A DNA stretch of 64,000 bases from Lachnospiraceae bacterium. Lineage in GTDB: Bacteria > Bacillota > Clostridia > Lachnospirales > Lachnospiraceae. The DNA lies in the NCBI GenBank assembly GCA_045616165.1, contig JAZLGF010000023.1, forward strand, positions 906 to 64,905, in the 5' to 3' direction. The notes under the pieces are model-generated. The model was not told where the DNA came from. It did not search any database and was given only the letters and a program-made list of their open reading frames with translations. Position 1 is the stretch's first letter. Each line of letters begins with the position of its first letter. The position numbers were made by a program, and so were the translations under genes. Below are positions 31,235-39,276 of the stretch, piece by piece.

Positions 31235-32992
31235 TTATTTATTAGTAATATTATCTTTATCGTATTTAACAGCGCCAACCCTTAGTGCATTAAGTACTGC
31301 TAAAAGTGCAACGCCTACATCCGCAAATACTGCAAACCACATATTGGTAATTCCAAATGCGCTAAGAACAAGAACAACAACCTTAATTCCTATTGAGAAA
31401 ACAATATTTTCCCAAACAATCCTCATCGTTCTTCTAGCAATTTTTTTAATAAGTGGAATACCATTTAAGTTATCTTTCATTAAAACGATATTAGAAACTT
31501 CTACTGCGGCATCGGAACCAATTCCACCCATTGAAATTCCTACATCTGCTCTCATAAGGCTAGGCGCGTCATTTATTCCATCGCCTACAAAAGCTACAAC
31601 ATCTGATTTATTTTTATTCTTCATTATGTCTTCAAGCTTACTTACTTTTTCCTGAGGCTTAAGTTCATATGAATAATTTTTTATTCCAAGATTGCTGGCA
31701 ACTTCTTTTACTACATCTTCTTTATCACCCGAAAGAACATAAATCTTTGAGCCCATCTTTTTAAGCCACTTAATAACATTTTTCGCTTCTGGTTTTATTT
31801 CTTTTCCAACAGTAAGTGTTCCGGTTTTATCCGAAACATAAATGTCTGCTTTTGAAATTAATTCAAGACAATTGCTTCCTTTAACCAAAATATTATATCT
31901 GCTTGCCGTTCCAATTCCCATAAAGAAACTAAGTGGAATAGAAATAACAAGTGCACATGGACAGCTTACAACTAAAAAGCTAAGTGCTCTATAAACCCAT
32001 GTTGTCCATGTAAGGTCAGAAAACAAACCTGCGCTCGCCCATGTGTTTATTATCAATCCTATGATAGGAGGAATAATTGCTATTGCTACTGCAAGTCCTA
32101 CTACAATCGGTGTATAAATTCTTGCGAATCTCGCAATGAACGTTTCCGTCTTTGCTTTTTTATCAGCTGCATTTTCCACAAGATCTAAAATCTTTGCTAC
32201 TGTAGAATCGTCATAAACTTTAGTAGTGGTAATTGTTATCGACCCTTCTGACATATTTATTGAACCACTAAATATGTCCGCGCCCTTAAGAATATTTTCA
32301 TATTCAGATTCACCCGAAATTGCCATCGTATCTAAAACAGCATTTTCAGAAACTAATGTTCCATCTAATGGAATTTTTTCACCCATATTAATAATTATCT
32401 GCGAACCTATTTCAACTTCATCCGGGTCTATATCTACAATATTTCCGTCTTTTAATATATGTGCAACATCAGGTCTTAAATCCATTAAATCTGCTATAGA
32501 TTTTCTACTTCTTCCAAGTGCCCACTGTTGGAAATATTCTCCTATCGAATAAAATAGTACTACTGCGCATCCTTCTTCAAATCCATCAGGAACTTCACCA
32601 ATACATCCTTTATATATTCCAAGCGCAAAAGCGCCTAACGATGCAATACTCATTAAGAAGTTTTCATCTAAAAGTTCTCCATGAATTATCCCTTCAAATG
32701 CTTCCTTTAATATATCTTTTCCTAAAATAAGATATGCTATGAAATAACAAACAAAAGGTAAGACCCAATTAGCCGGGCCCGGATTAATACTTGCTAAATC
32801 AAAAATTTTATCTAAAACAAAAACAACAATAAAAAGCCCTGTAGCAATACATATTTTTACAAGTTGCTTTTTATTAGCACCACCCTCAAAGTGAAGATGT
32901 TCATGGTCGTGATGATTATGGCCATGATGTCCGTGTTCTTCTTCCGTATGATTATGTATACAGTTTTTATTATCACAACAATTACAACTCAT
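31235..32992 (-). CDS. P1B-type heavy-metal-translocating ATPase homologue with His-rich N-terminus; nucleotide-binding (N) domain apparently missing
   Basis: 585-aa ORF with CPC motif (VVSCPCALV), SGES, DKTGTLT (D388) and GDGINDAP (470-477). Only ~80 residues separate the phospho-Asp from the hinge motif. AGGAGA SD is present. Confidence 0.8.
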   Translation of the reverse strand: MSCNCCDNKNCIHNHTEEEHGHHGHNHHDHEHLHFEGGANKKQLVKICIATGLFIVVFVLDKIFDLASINPGPANWVLPFVCYFIAYLILGKDILKEAFEGIIHGELLDENFLMSIASLGAFALGIYKGCIGEVPDGFEEGCAVVLFYSIGEYFQQWALGRSRKSIADLMDLRPDVAHILKDGNIVDIDPDEVEIGSQIIINMGEKIPLDGTLVSENAVLDTMAISGESEYENILKGADIFSGSINMSEGSITITTTKVYDDSTVAKILDLVENAADKKAKTETFIARFARIYTPIVVGLAVAIAIIPPIIGLIINTWASAGLFSDLTWTTWVYRALSFLVVSCPCALVISIPLSFFMGIGTASRYNILVKGSNCLELISKADIYVSDKTGTLTVGKEIKPEAKNVIKWLKKMGSKIYVLSGDKEDVVKEVASNLGIKNYSYELKPQEKVSKLEDIMKNKNKSDVVAFVGDGINDAPSLMRADVGISMGGIGSDAAVEVSNIVLMKDNLNGIPLIKKIARRTMRIVWENIVFSIGIKVVVLVLSAFGITNMWFAVFADVGVALLAVLNALRVGAVKYDKDNITNK

Positions 32993-33167
32993 TTTTGTCT
33001 CTCCTGTGTTCCTATCTACTCGCAGGGGGCCTTCCTGCTCGCGCTTGAAATTTTTAACTTTATTGCACCTCGCTCCCGCAGGACATCTCCCATACTTCGC
33101 AGGTGCCTCCCCAATAGGGTCCCCCCTGCTCGCATGGTACCCTCCTGCTCGCGCTCGGAACTCCTAT
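32993..33167. repeat. GC-rich repeat-bearing intergenic spacer between the arsR-like gene and the ATPase gene
   Basis: Hand count gives 88 G+C in 150 nt (33011-33160). A 13-nt perfect direct repeat TCCTGCTCGCGCT occurs at 33033-33045 and 33143-33155. A third CCTGCTCGC lies at 33125-33133. CGCAGG-type units occur at about 33021, 33078 and 33098. Confidence 0.8.
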
Positions 33168-33500
33168 TTAGTCTTCTTCTGTTAAATGCAAAAGCCCGCT
33201 CTCCATTATCATCTCAACGTGCTTATCGTCCAAAAAATAAATTACTTCTTTGCCAACCTTACTGCATTTAACAAGTTTGGCATTTTTCAAAATTCTAAGT
33301 TGATGGCTAACAGCAGAAATCGTCATGTCACATGCTGATGCAATATCACCTACATTCATATTGCTAAGTGATAGACAACTTAATATCTTGGTTCTTGTAG
33401 AATCTCCAAAAACCTTAAACACTTCAGCTAAATCATAAATTGTCTCATCTGTTGGAAGCATTTTCTTTACCTGCTGCCCAATCGATTGATTTTTCTTCAT
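33168..33500 (-). CDS. ArsR/SmtB family metalloregulatory transcriptional repressor
   Basis: Winged-HTH segment FGDSTRTKILSCLS...MNVGDIASACDMTISAVSHQLRILKNAKLV. Start chosen at MKKNQ (33500), which has an AGGTGG SD. The longer ORF start at 33539 would lie inside the operator. Confidence 0.85.
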   Translation of the reverse strand: MKKNQSIGQQVKKMLPTDETIYDLAEVFKVFGDSTRTKILSCLSLSNMNVGDIASACDMTISAVSHQLRILKNAKLVKCSKVGKEVIYFLDDKHVEMIMESGLLHLTEED

Positions 33501-33523
33501 AATCCACCTTTTTTTCTCTACAC

Positions 33524-33576
33524 TTGAACGACTATTCAACTGTTCAAATATTATACTAATGTCGCCTTTTTGTCAA
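33524..33576 (-). promoter_or_regulatory. Predicted arsR promoter (TTGACA ... TATAAT/TAATAT) with a downstream TTGAAC-N12-GTTCAA operator-like inverted repeat
   Basis: On the minus strand TTGACA lies at 33576-33571. TATAAT lies at 33555-33550 (15-nt spacer), or TAATAT gives a 17-nt spacer. An inverted repeat TTGAAC/GTTCAA lies at 33524-33529 and 33542-33547, resembling ArsR/SmtB operators. Confidence 0.55.
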
Positions 33577-33583
33577 CAACTCA

Positions 33584-34115
33584 CCAGGCTCGGGTTCCAA
33601 CTCGCCGATAACGAGCAATGCGGCTCTGCTCGCAATCCTTACACACAAAAATATTTTTTTATGTGGAATGAGTGTAATGGAACGCGAAGCTGCCGTCGCC
33701 AGCGCTAGTGAGGGCGCGCGACGGCCTTCGCTTTTATGAAATCACCTAAAACCATAAACATCTTGTATTTTAAGATAGCTGTTTATGGTTTTTATAGGAT
33801 TAAAACACTATATTTTATTGACTTAGGAAGTTTTCGCCCATAAACACTTAGCTTATAACATACCGAGTTTATGGTTAAGACCATAACTGCCAATAATAAA
33901 TCATGAAATGTTTATGGTTTTAACTGATTTCAAAGAGTAAGGCGGGTGGCTAGCCGAGTTTTGATGTCGAATGATTTACCCGCCGTAAGTAGCGAAGCAA
34001 GGCGCGCGCCCTCAACAGCGCAGGCGCCGTCAGCTTCGCGAGCGAAATAGTATATTATTAAGAAAGCGAGCGGAGCAGTGAGGCTCGTTATCGGCGAGTT
34101 GGAACCCGAGCCAGG
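33584..34115. repeat. Composite GC-rich palindrome: ~130-150-bp imperfect inverted arms flanking an AT-rich core
   Basis: A 30-nt perfect inverted repeat GGCTCGGGTTCCAACTCGCCGATAACGAGC lies at 33587-33616 with its reverse complement at 34083-34112. A second inverted block spans 33683-33732 and 33991-34040 (about 80 percent complementary by hand alignment). Sampled arm segments are 58-72 percent G+C and the centre is about 28 percent. Confidence 0.9.
33748..33920. repeat. Six copies of the 8-mer GTTTATGG (three convergent pairs forming three hairpins)
   Basis: CCATAAAC occurs at 33752-33759 and 33838-33845, with a degenerate CCATAAC at 33881-33887. GTTTATGG occurs at 33781-33788, 33867-33874 and 33910-33917. 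The first pair extends to a perfect 13-bp stem (33748-33760 / 33780-33792). Confidence 0.9.
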
Positions 34116-34184
34116 AACGAGCTACACTGTCCGCGAGCATATAGTAAAGAGCCCTACAAAGGGCAAGTTTTTATAATGGATAAC

Positions 34185-34216
34185 ATAAAAAATGGGGAGA
34201 CTTATTTTGTCTCCCC
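34185..34216 (-). terminator. Rho-independent terminator after the lipoprotein gene
   Basis: Stem GGGGAGAC/GTCTCCCC (34194-34201 / 34209-34216), followed on the minus strand by TTTTTT. Confidence 0.8.
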
Positions 34217-34237
34217 GTTTAAGATTAGTTTATATAC

Positions 34238-35149
34238 TTACTTAGTTACCGTGAATTCCTCAGTTTTAGCTTGTGAGTATTCATTTCCAGTATTACGCAT
34301 AATTATTGTTACATATATCGTAGATAAATCCACATCATTTGACTCAATTATTTCGCCTAAATTATTATTATGTATCATCCCTTTGCAACTATAAGTCATT
34401 TTGTCTACTGACCCAGGAAGCAACAGTTGTCCTCTGTCCATATCTAATCCTGGAACATCAACCTTTAGTATATAGTCTATCATATTTCCTGAAGCATCAA
34501 TATAATCTGCAGCTTTACCATTCGCATCATATAAATGAATAGACTTATTAACTTCTATTAGATCTTTTGATTTACTTCTAGTGTCAAAAGTAAGTAAGAC
34601 TCCATTTTCAGTTTCTACCCTTTCAACATAAACCGTACAATAGTCATTGTCTAAAAAACATTGTCCTTTTGGCTCTGACGGTTTTTCAACATCAATTTCT
34701 TCTCCATGTGTTAAAAATGAACATTGTATATATTGAGTTTTCAAATATATTGTTTTTACTAACAAATCTACTTTTGAAATATCTTTAATCTCATATTGTG
34801 CTATTTGTTCTGGAGAAATATAGATTTTATCCTTAATAGTTTCTCCACCTGCTATATCATATTCAGATTCATTTATGCTTGCATGATAACAATTATTTAA
34901 GCATGCATCTTTCGTATTTATATAATAATGGTGACCATCAGATATATTTTCTATAGTAAGATTAATAGTAAATCCACCTTTTTCATCAAAGCCCATCTTT
35001 GTTGAAGTGAATTTAAGTTCTCCATCATCATATCCGACTATATCTTCAGTTTGTTTCTTTTCTTCTTTTGATTTCTTTGAGTCACTACATCCAATAAGTG
35101 AAATCGCAAGCAAGGTAACCATTAATATTGCAAAAAATTTCTTTTTCAT
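34238..35149 (-). CDS. Hypothetical lipoprotein
   Basis: 303-aa ORF with signal peptide and lipobox (AISLIGCSD). No family recognised. Confidence 0.6.
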   Translation of the reverse strand: MKKKFFAILMVTLLAISLIGCSDSKKSKEEKKQTEDIVGYDDGELKFTSTKMGFDEKGGFTINLTIENISDGHHYYINTKDACLNNCYHASINESEYDIAGGETIKDKIYISPEQIAQYEIKDISKVDLLVKTIYLKTQYIQCSFLTHGEEIDVEKPSEPKGQCFLDNDYCTVYVERVETENGVLLTFDTRSKSKDLIEVNKSIHLYDANGKAADYIDASGNMIDYILKVDVPGLDMDRGQLLLPGSVDKMTYSCKGMIHNNNLGEIIESNDVDLSTIYVTIIMRNTGNEYSQAKTEEFTVTK

Positions 35150-35168
35150 AAGTCGTCCTCCTATTTCG

Positions 35169-38100
35169 CTATGCTTTAATCTTGATTAGTAACTGCCCTG
35201 CTTTTACTTTGTCGTTTACTTTTACAAGTACCTCTTCTACCGTTCCATTCATTCTCGCTGTAATTGATGTTTCCATCTTCATAGCTTCTACAACAGCTAA
35301 GATATCGTTTTCGTTTACTTTATCTCCGACCTTAACATTAACCTTTGATACAGCTCCCGGAATTGATGAACCAACTTCTGATTTATCAGAAGGATCTGCC
35401 ATAGGTACTTGAACAATATTTGATGTTGCTGTTGTATCTTTTACTTTTACATCTCTTAAAGATCCGTTAAGTTCAAAATGTACTGTACGATATCCTTCTT
35501 CGTCTAAGTCACCATTTCCTAAATATTTAATAACTAATGTTTTACCATCTTCGATATTAACTTTATTAGTTTCACCTACTGCAAGGCCATGGAAGAATAC
35601 ATGGCTTCCAAGACGAGTAATATATCCATACTCTTTTCTCTTCTTCCAGAAATCTTCTACTACCTTAGGGAACATTACCCATGCAACTAAATCTCTATCG
35701 GTAATATCCTCTGGTTTTTTAACTTCTTCTAAGTGTTTTCTTGCATCGTCCCAATCAATAGGATCAAGTAAATCTCCAGGACGACATGTAATTGGTTCTT
35801 CGCCTTTAAGAACTACTCTTTGCAAATCCTCAGGAAATCCCCATGTTGGTTGGCCCATCATTCCTTTGAAATAACTTACAACAGAATCTGGGAATGCTAG
35901 TGCTTCACCTTTTTCAACTATATTTTCAGCAGTCAAATCATTTTGTACCATGAATATAGCAAGGTCTCCAACCATCTTTGAAGAAGGCGTAACTTTAACA
36001 ATATCTCCGAGCATCTCATTAACTGTTACGAACATCTCTCTTACTTCATTAAATCTATGTCCAAGTCCTAAACTTTGAACCTGTGGTCTTAGGTTTGTAT
36101 ATTGTCCACCTGGAATTTCGTAACGATAAATATCTGTAAGCGGTGTCTTAAGGTCAGATTCAAATGAATCATAACGAAGACGTATATCTTCCCAATACTC
36201 GCTAAGTGGCTCAAGTTTATGAATGTTAAGACCTGTATCTCTTTCAGAGCCTTTAAGCGCTGATACAACAGAGTTCATTGAAGGTTGACTAGTAAGTCCT
36301 GACATAGAAGATATTGCAAGGTCCACTATATCAACGCCTGCTTCTGCTGCCATAAGGCATGCTGCAACCTGGGTTCCTGAAGTATCATGTGTATGAAGAT
36401 GAATAGGAATTCCTACTTCATCCTTAAGTGCTTTAATAAGTGTTTTTGCTGCATAAGGTTTAAGAAGTCCTGACATATCTTTAATACAGATTGCATGTGA
36501 ACCTCTTCTTTCAAGTTCCTTAGCCATCTTTACATAATAATCTAATGTGTATTTTTCTTTTCTAGGATCAGAAATGTCTCCCGTATAGCATACTGTTGCT
36601 TCTAGGAATTTACCTTGTTCTAGAACTGCGTCCATAGCAACTTCCATATTTGGAATCCAGTTAAGTGAATCAAATACTCTAAATACATCTATTCCACCTT
36701 TAGCTGATTCTTCAATAAATTTCTTAACCATGTTGTCAGGATAGCTTGAATATCCTAAAAGGTTAGAACCTCTAAGAAGCATTTGGAATAAAACATTAGG
36801 AATATCACGTCTTAAAAGATCAAGTCTTTCCCATGGATCTTCATATAAGAATCTATACGCTGTATCAAATGTTGCTCCACCCCACATTTCAAATGAGAAC
36901 GCATCTGCCAAGATATCAGCCATAGCATTAGCACCCTTAACCATATCTCTAGTACGAACTCTTGTTGCAAGTAAACTTTGATGTGCATCACGCATTGTTG
37001 TATCAGTAACCATAAGTTTCTTTTGTGCTAATACAAAGTCTCTTACGGCTTCTGGTCCCTTAGCATCAAAGAGCTGTTTTAATCCGTCATTTGGTTTTTC
37101 ATTTTCCAGTTCAACAAAACGTGGTGTATCGTAAAGCTTTTGTCCTGCTGTTGGATCATTAACAACAATATTTCCAATATATTTAAGCATACGGGTTGCT
37201 CTATCTTTACTTCCTGGAAGGTTAAATAACTTAGGTGTATCATCAATAAATTTTGTATAACATTCTCCATTTAAGAATGTTTCATTTGTTAAGATATTAC
37301 TTAAAAATCCAACATTAGTTTTTACACCACGGATAGTTGTTTCCGAAATAGCACGCAAAGCTTTTCTAGCAGCGCCTCTAAAAGTTGTATCACTACATGT
37401 TACTTTTACAAGTAAGCTATCGTAGTATGGTGTAATAACAGAACCAACATATGTATTAGCTCCATCAAGTCTAACACCGTTTCCACCTGCGGCTCTATAC
37501 GCTGTAATTTTTCCTGTATCAGGTGCAAAATTATTTGCTGGATCTTCAGTAGTAATACGGCATTGAATTGCATATCCTCTTGTTGTTACATCGCTTTGTT
37601 CATTAATTCCTATCATTGGATCCGAAAGTTTTGAGCCATCAGCAATAAGAATTTGTGAACGAACAAGATCTATTCCTGTAACCATTTCTGATACCGTATG
37701 TTCAACCTGGATACGTGGATTCATTTCAATAAAATAGTGATTTCCAGTTGATTCATCTACTAAGAATTCAACTGTACCAGCATTTTGGTAATTAACTTCT
37801 TTTGCAATTTTTATTGCGTCATCACAAATACTTTGTCTAACCTCTATTGGTAATGACCATGCCGGTGTATATTCAACTACTTTTTGATAACGTCTTTGAA
37901 GTGAACAATCACGTTCATATAAATGAACTATATTTCCATAGTTATCCGCCAAAATTTGAACTTCAATATGTTTTGGTTTAACTAAGAATTTCTCAATAAA
38001 AATATCATCATTTCCAAATGCTTTTGCGGCTTCAGAACGAACAAGTTCAAACGCTGGCTCTACTTCTTCTTCTGTAAAGCAACTTCTCATTCCACGGCCA

Positions 38101-38606
38101 CCACCGCCTGATGCTGCCTTCAAGATAATTGGGAAACCATATTCTTTTGCTTTTGCTAATGCTTCGCTCGCATCTTTAAGCGGCTCTGTACTTCCCGGTA
38201 TTGTAGGTACATTGCATTTAAGCGCCATTTCCTTTGCACTTAATTTATCTCCCATTTGGCCAAGAACTTTAGAATTTGGTCCAATAAAAATGATGCCTGC
38301 TTCTTCACATGCTTTGGCAAACTGAGCATTCTCGCTCAAAAAACCATAACCTGGATGAATGGCATCAACATTTTTTCTTTTCGCTAAATCAACAATTTCA
38401 TCAATTGCCAGATAAGCTCCAAGCGGCGATAAACTCTCGCCTATCATATAAGCTTCATCAGCTTTTATTCTATGTTCTGAATAAATATCTTCCTTTGAAT
38501 AAATTGCAACAGTACTTAATCCTAAATCATAACAAGCTCTTAAAACTCTAGTTGCTATTTCTCCACGATTGGCAACCAATACCTTTTTAATTTTTCTCGT
38601 TTCCAC
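35169..38606 (-). CDS. pyc: Pyruvate carboxylase
   Basis: 1145-aa ORF with N-terminal biotin carboxylase ATP-grasp, central carboxyltransferase TIM domain and C-terminal biotinyl domain with AMKME. Confidence 0.95.
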   Translation of the reverse strand: METRKIKKVLVANRGEIATRVLRACYDLGLSTVAIYSKEDIYSEHRIKADEAYMIGESLSPLGAYLAIDEIVDLAKRKNVDAIHPGYGFLSENAQFAKACEEAGIIFIGPNSKVLGQMGDKLSAKEMALKCNVPTIPGSTEPLKDASEALAKAKEYGFPIILKAASGGGGRGMRSCFTEEEVEPAFELVRSEAAKAFGNDDIFIEKFLVKPKHIEVQILADNYGNIVHLYERDCSLQRRYQKVVEYTPAWSLPIEVRQSICDDAIKIAKEVNYQNAGTVEFLVDESTGNHYFIEMNPRIQVEHTVSEMVTGIDLVRSQILIADGSKLSDPMIGINEQSDVTTRGYAIQCRITTEDPANNFAPDTGKITAYRAAGGNGVRLDGANTYVGSVITPYYDSLLVKVTCSDTTFRGAARKALRAISETTIRGVKTNVGFLSNILTNETFLNGECYTKFIDDTPKLFNLPGSKDRATRMLKYIGNIVVNDPTAGQKLYDTPRFVELENEKPNDGLKQLFDAKGPEAVRDFVLAQKKLMVTDTTMRDAHQSLLATRVRTRDMVKGANAMADILADAFSFEMWGGATFDTAYRFLYEDPWERLDLLRRDIPNVLFQMLLRGSNLLGYSSYPDNMVKKFIEESAKGGIDVFRVFDSLNWIPNMEVAMDAVLEQGKFLEATVCYTGDISDPRKEKYTLDYYVKMAKELERRGSHAICIKDMSGLLKPYAAKTLIKALKDEVGIPIHLHTHDTSGTQVAACLMAAEAGVDIVDLAISSMSGLTSQPSMNSVVSALKGSERDTGLNIHKLEPLSEYWEDIRLRYDSFESDLKTPLTDIYRYEIPGGQYTNLRPQVQSLGLGHRFNEVREMFVTVNEMLGDIVKVTPSSKMVGDLAIFMVQNDLTAENIVEKGEALAFPDSVVSYFKGMMGQPTWGFPEDLQRVVLKGEEPITCRPGDLLDPIDWDDARKHLEEVKKPEDITDRDLVAWVMFPKVVEDFWKKRKEYGYITRLGSHVFFHGLAVGETNKVNIEDGKTLVIKYLGNGDLDEEGYRTVHFELNGSLRDVKVKDTTATSNIVQVPMADPSDKSEVGSSIPGAVSKVNVKVGDKVNENDILAVVEAMKMETSITARMNGTVEEVLVKVNDKVKAGQLLIKIKA

Positions 38607-38718
38607 GATTTTTCCTCCTAGTAAAGTCTGCTAATTTTTGGAACTACTTTATTATATTATAGACTATTGTTTATAAAAAAATACACTTTTTAGTTACTGC
38701 ATATAATGTTCTTATATT

Positions 38719-39276
38719 TCAAAATATTTTTATAATTTCTTTTACAATATCACACAAAATATCTTCTTTATCTATTTCTTTTGCAGTCAATTGTTTTAGC
38801 GACGCCGCATCAGGTAGGCTCTTAGGTAATTTATTGCATACATTAAGTCCTACTCCGGTAATGACATACAGTTCTTCATCGTGTGGAATTGATTCCATTA
38901 ATATTCCACATATTTTCTTTTTTTCAAATAAGACGTCATTTGGTTCTTTTATTTCACAATCAATTTTATATAATCTGTCAATTGCTTTTTTTACCGCTAC
39001 TCCAACTCTTATCGGATAATCCATTATTTCGATAGGCTTTTTATTTGTTTTTATTACTATCGAAAAATAAAGTCCTCCTTCGTCACTAATAAAAGTTCTA
39101 TCAAATCGTCCCTTGCCATTAGTTTGAATATCTGCAATAACTAATGCTTCTTTACCTTCCTTGGCAAGTAAAGAAGCATCCTCATTAGTTGACCCAGTTT
39201 CATGCATTAAAAAAAATTGTCCATTAAAACCTATATTATTTTTTTTGAGTTTTTCTTTTAAGCTTAATTCATCCAT
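38719..39276 (-). CDS. Short, divergent biotin protein ligase (BPL/LplA/LipB superfamily) catalytic-domain protein
   Basis: 185-aa ORF with GKGRFDR in place of the GRGRxGR loop and IKEPNDVL in place of KWPND. It has no N-terminal HTH and no C-terminal SH3-like domain. It lies adjacent to pyc. Confidence 0.6.
   Translation of the reverse strand: MDELSLKEKLKKNNIGFNGQFFLMHETGSTNEDASLLAKEGKEALVIADIQTNGKGRFDRTFISDEGGLYFSIVIKTNKKPIEIMDYPIRVGVAVKKAIDRLYKIDCEIKEPNDVLFEKKKICGILMESIPHDEELYVITGVGLNVCNKLPKSLPDAASLKQLTAKEIDKEDILCDIVKEIIKIF

Noticed and set aside
32993-33160. On the minus strand, the frame of the ATPase gene is open through the whole GC-rich spacer (EFRARAGGYHASRGDP...TGETK-MSCNCC), suggesting a possible N-terminal extension.
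   Set aside because: No ATG, GTG or TTG start lies in that frame upstream of the annotated ATG. A TAG lies immediately before the open stretch. A good AGGAGA SD sits directly before the annotated ATG.
32864-33271. 135-aa plus-strand ORF crossing the GC-rich spacer.
   Set aside because: It is antisense to the 5' end of the ATPase gene and the 3' end of arsR. It stays open only because the GC-rich spacer has few stop codons. The sequence is low-complexity and has no SD.
33748-33920. Possible CRISPR array, because of the regularly recurring GTTTATGG-containing units.
   Set aside because: There are only three units. They are inverted pairs rather than direct repeats, the spacing is irregular, and no cas genes or leader are present.
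33965-33971. TGTCGAA, matching the Spo0A 0A-box consensus, inside the palindrome.
   Set aside because: It is a single 7-mer hit with no second box or promoter context, which is expected by chance.
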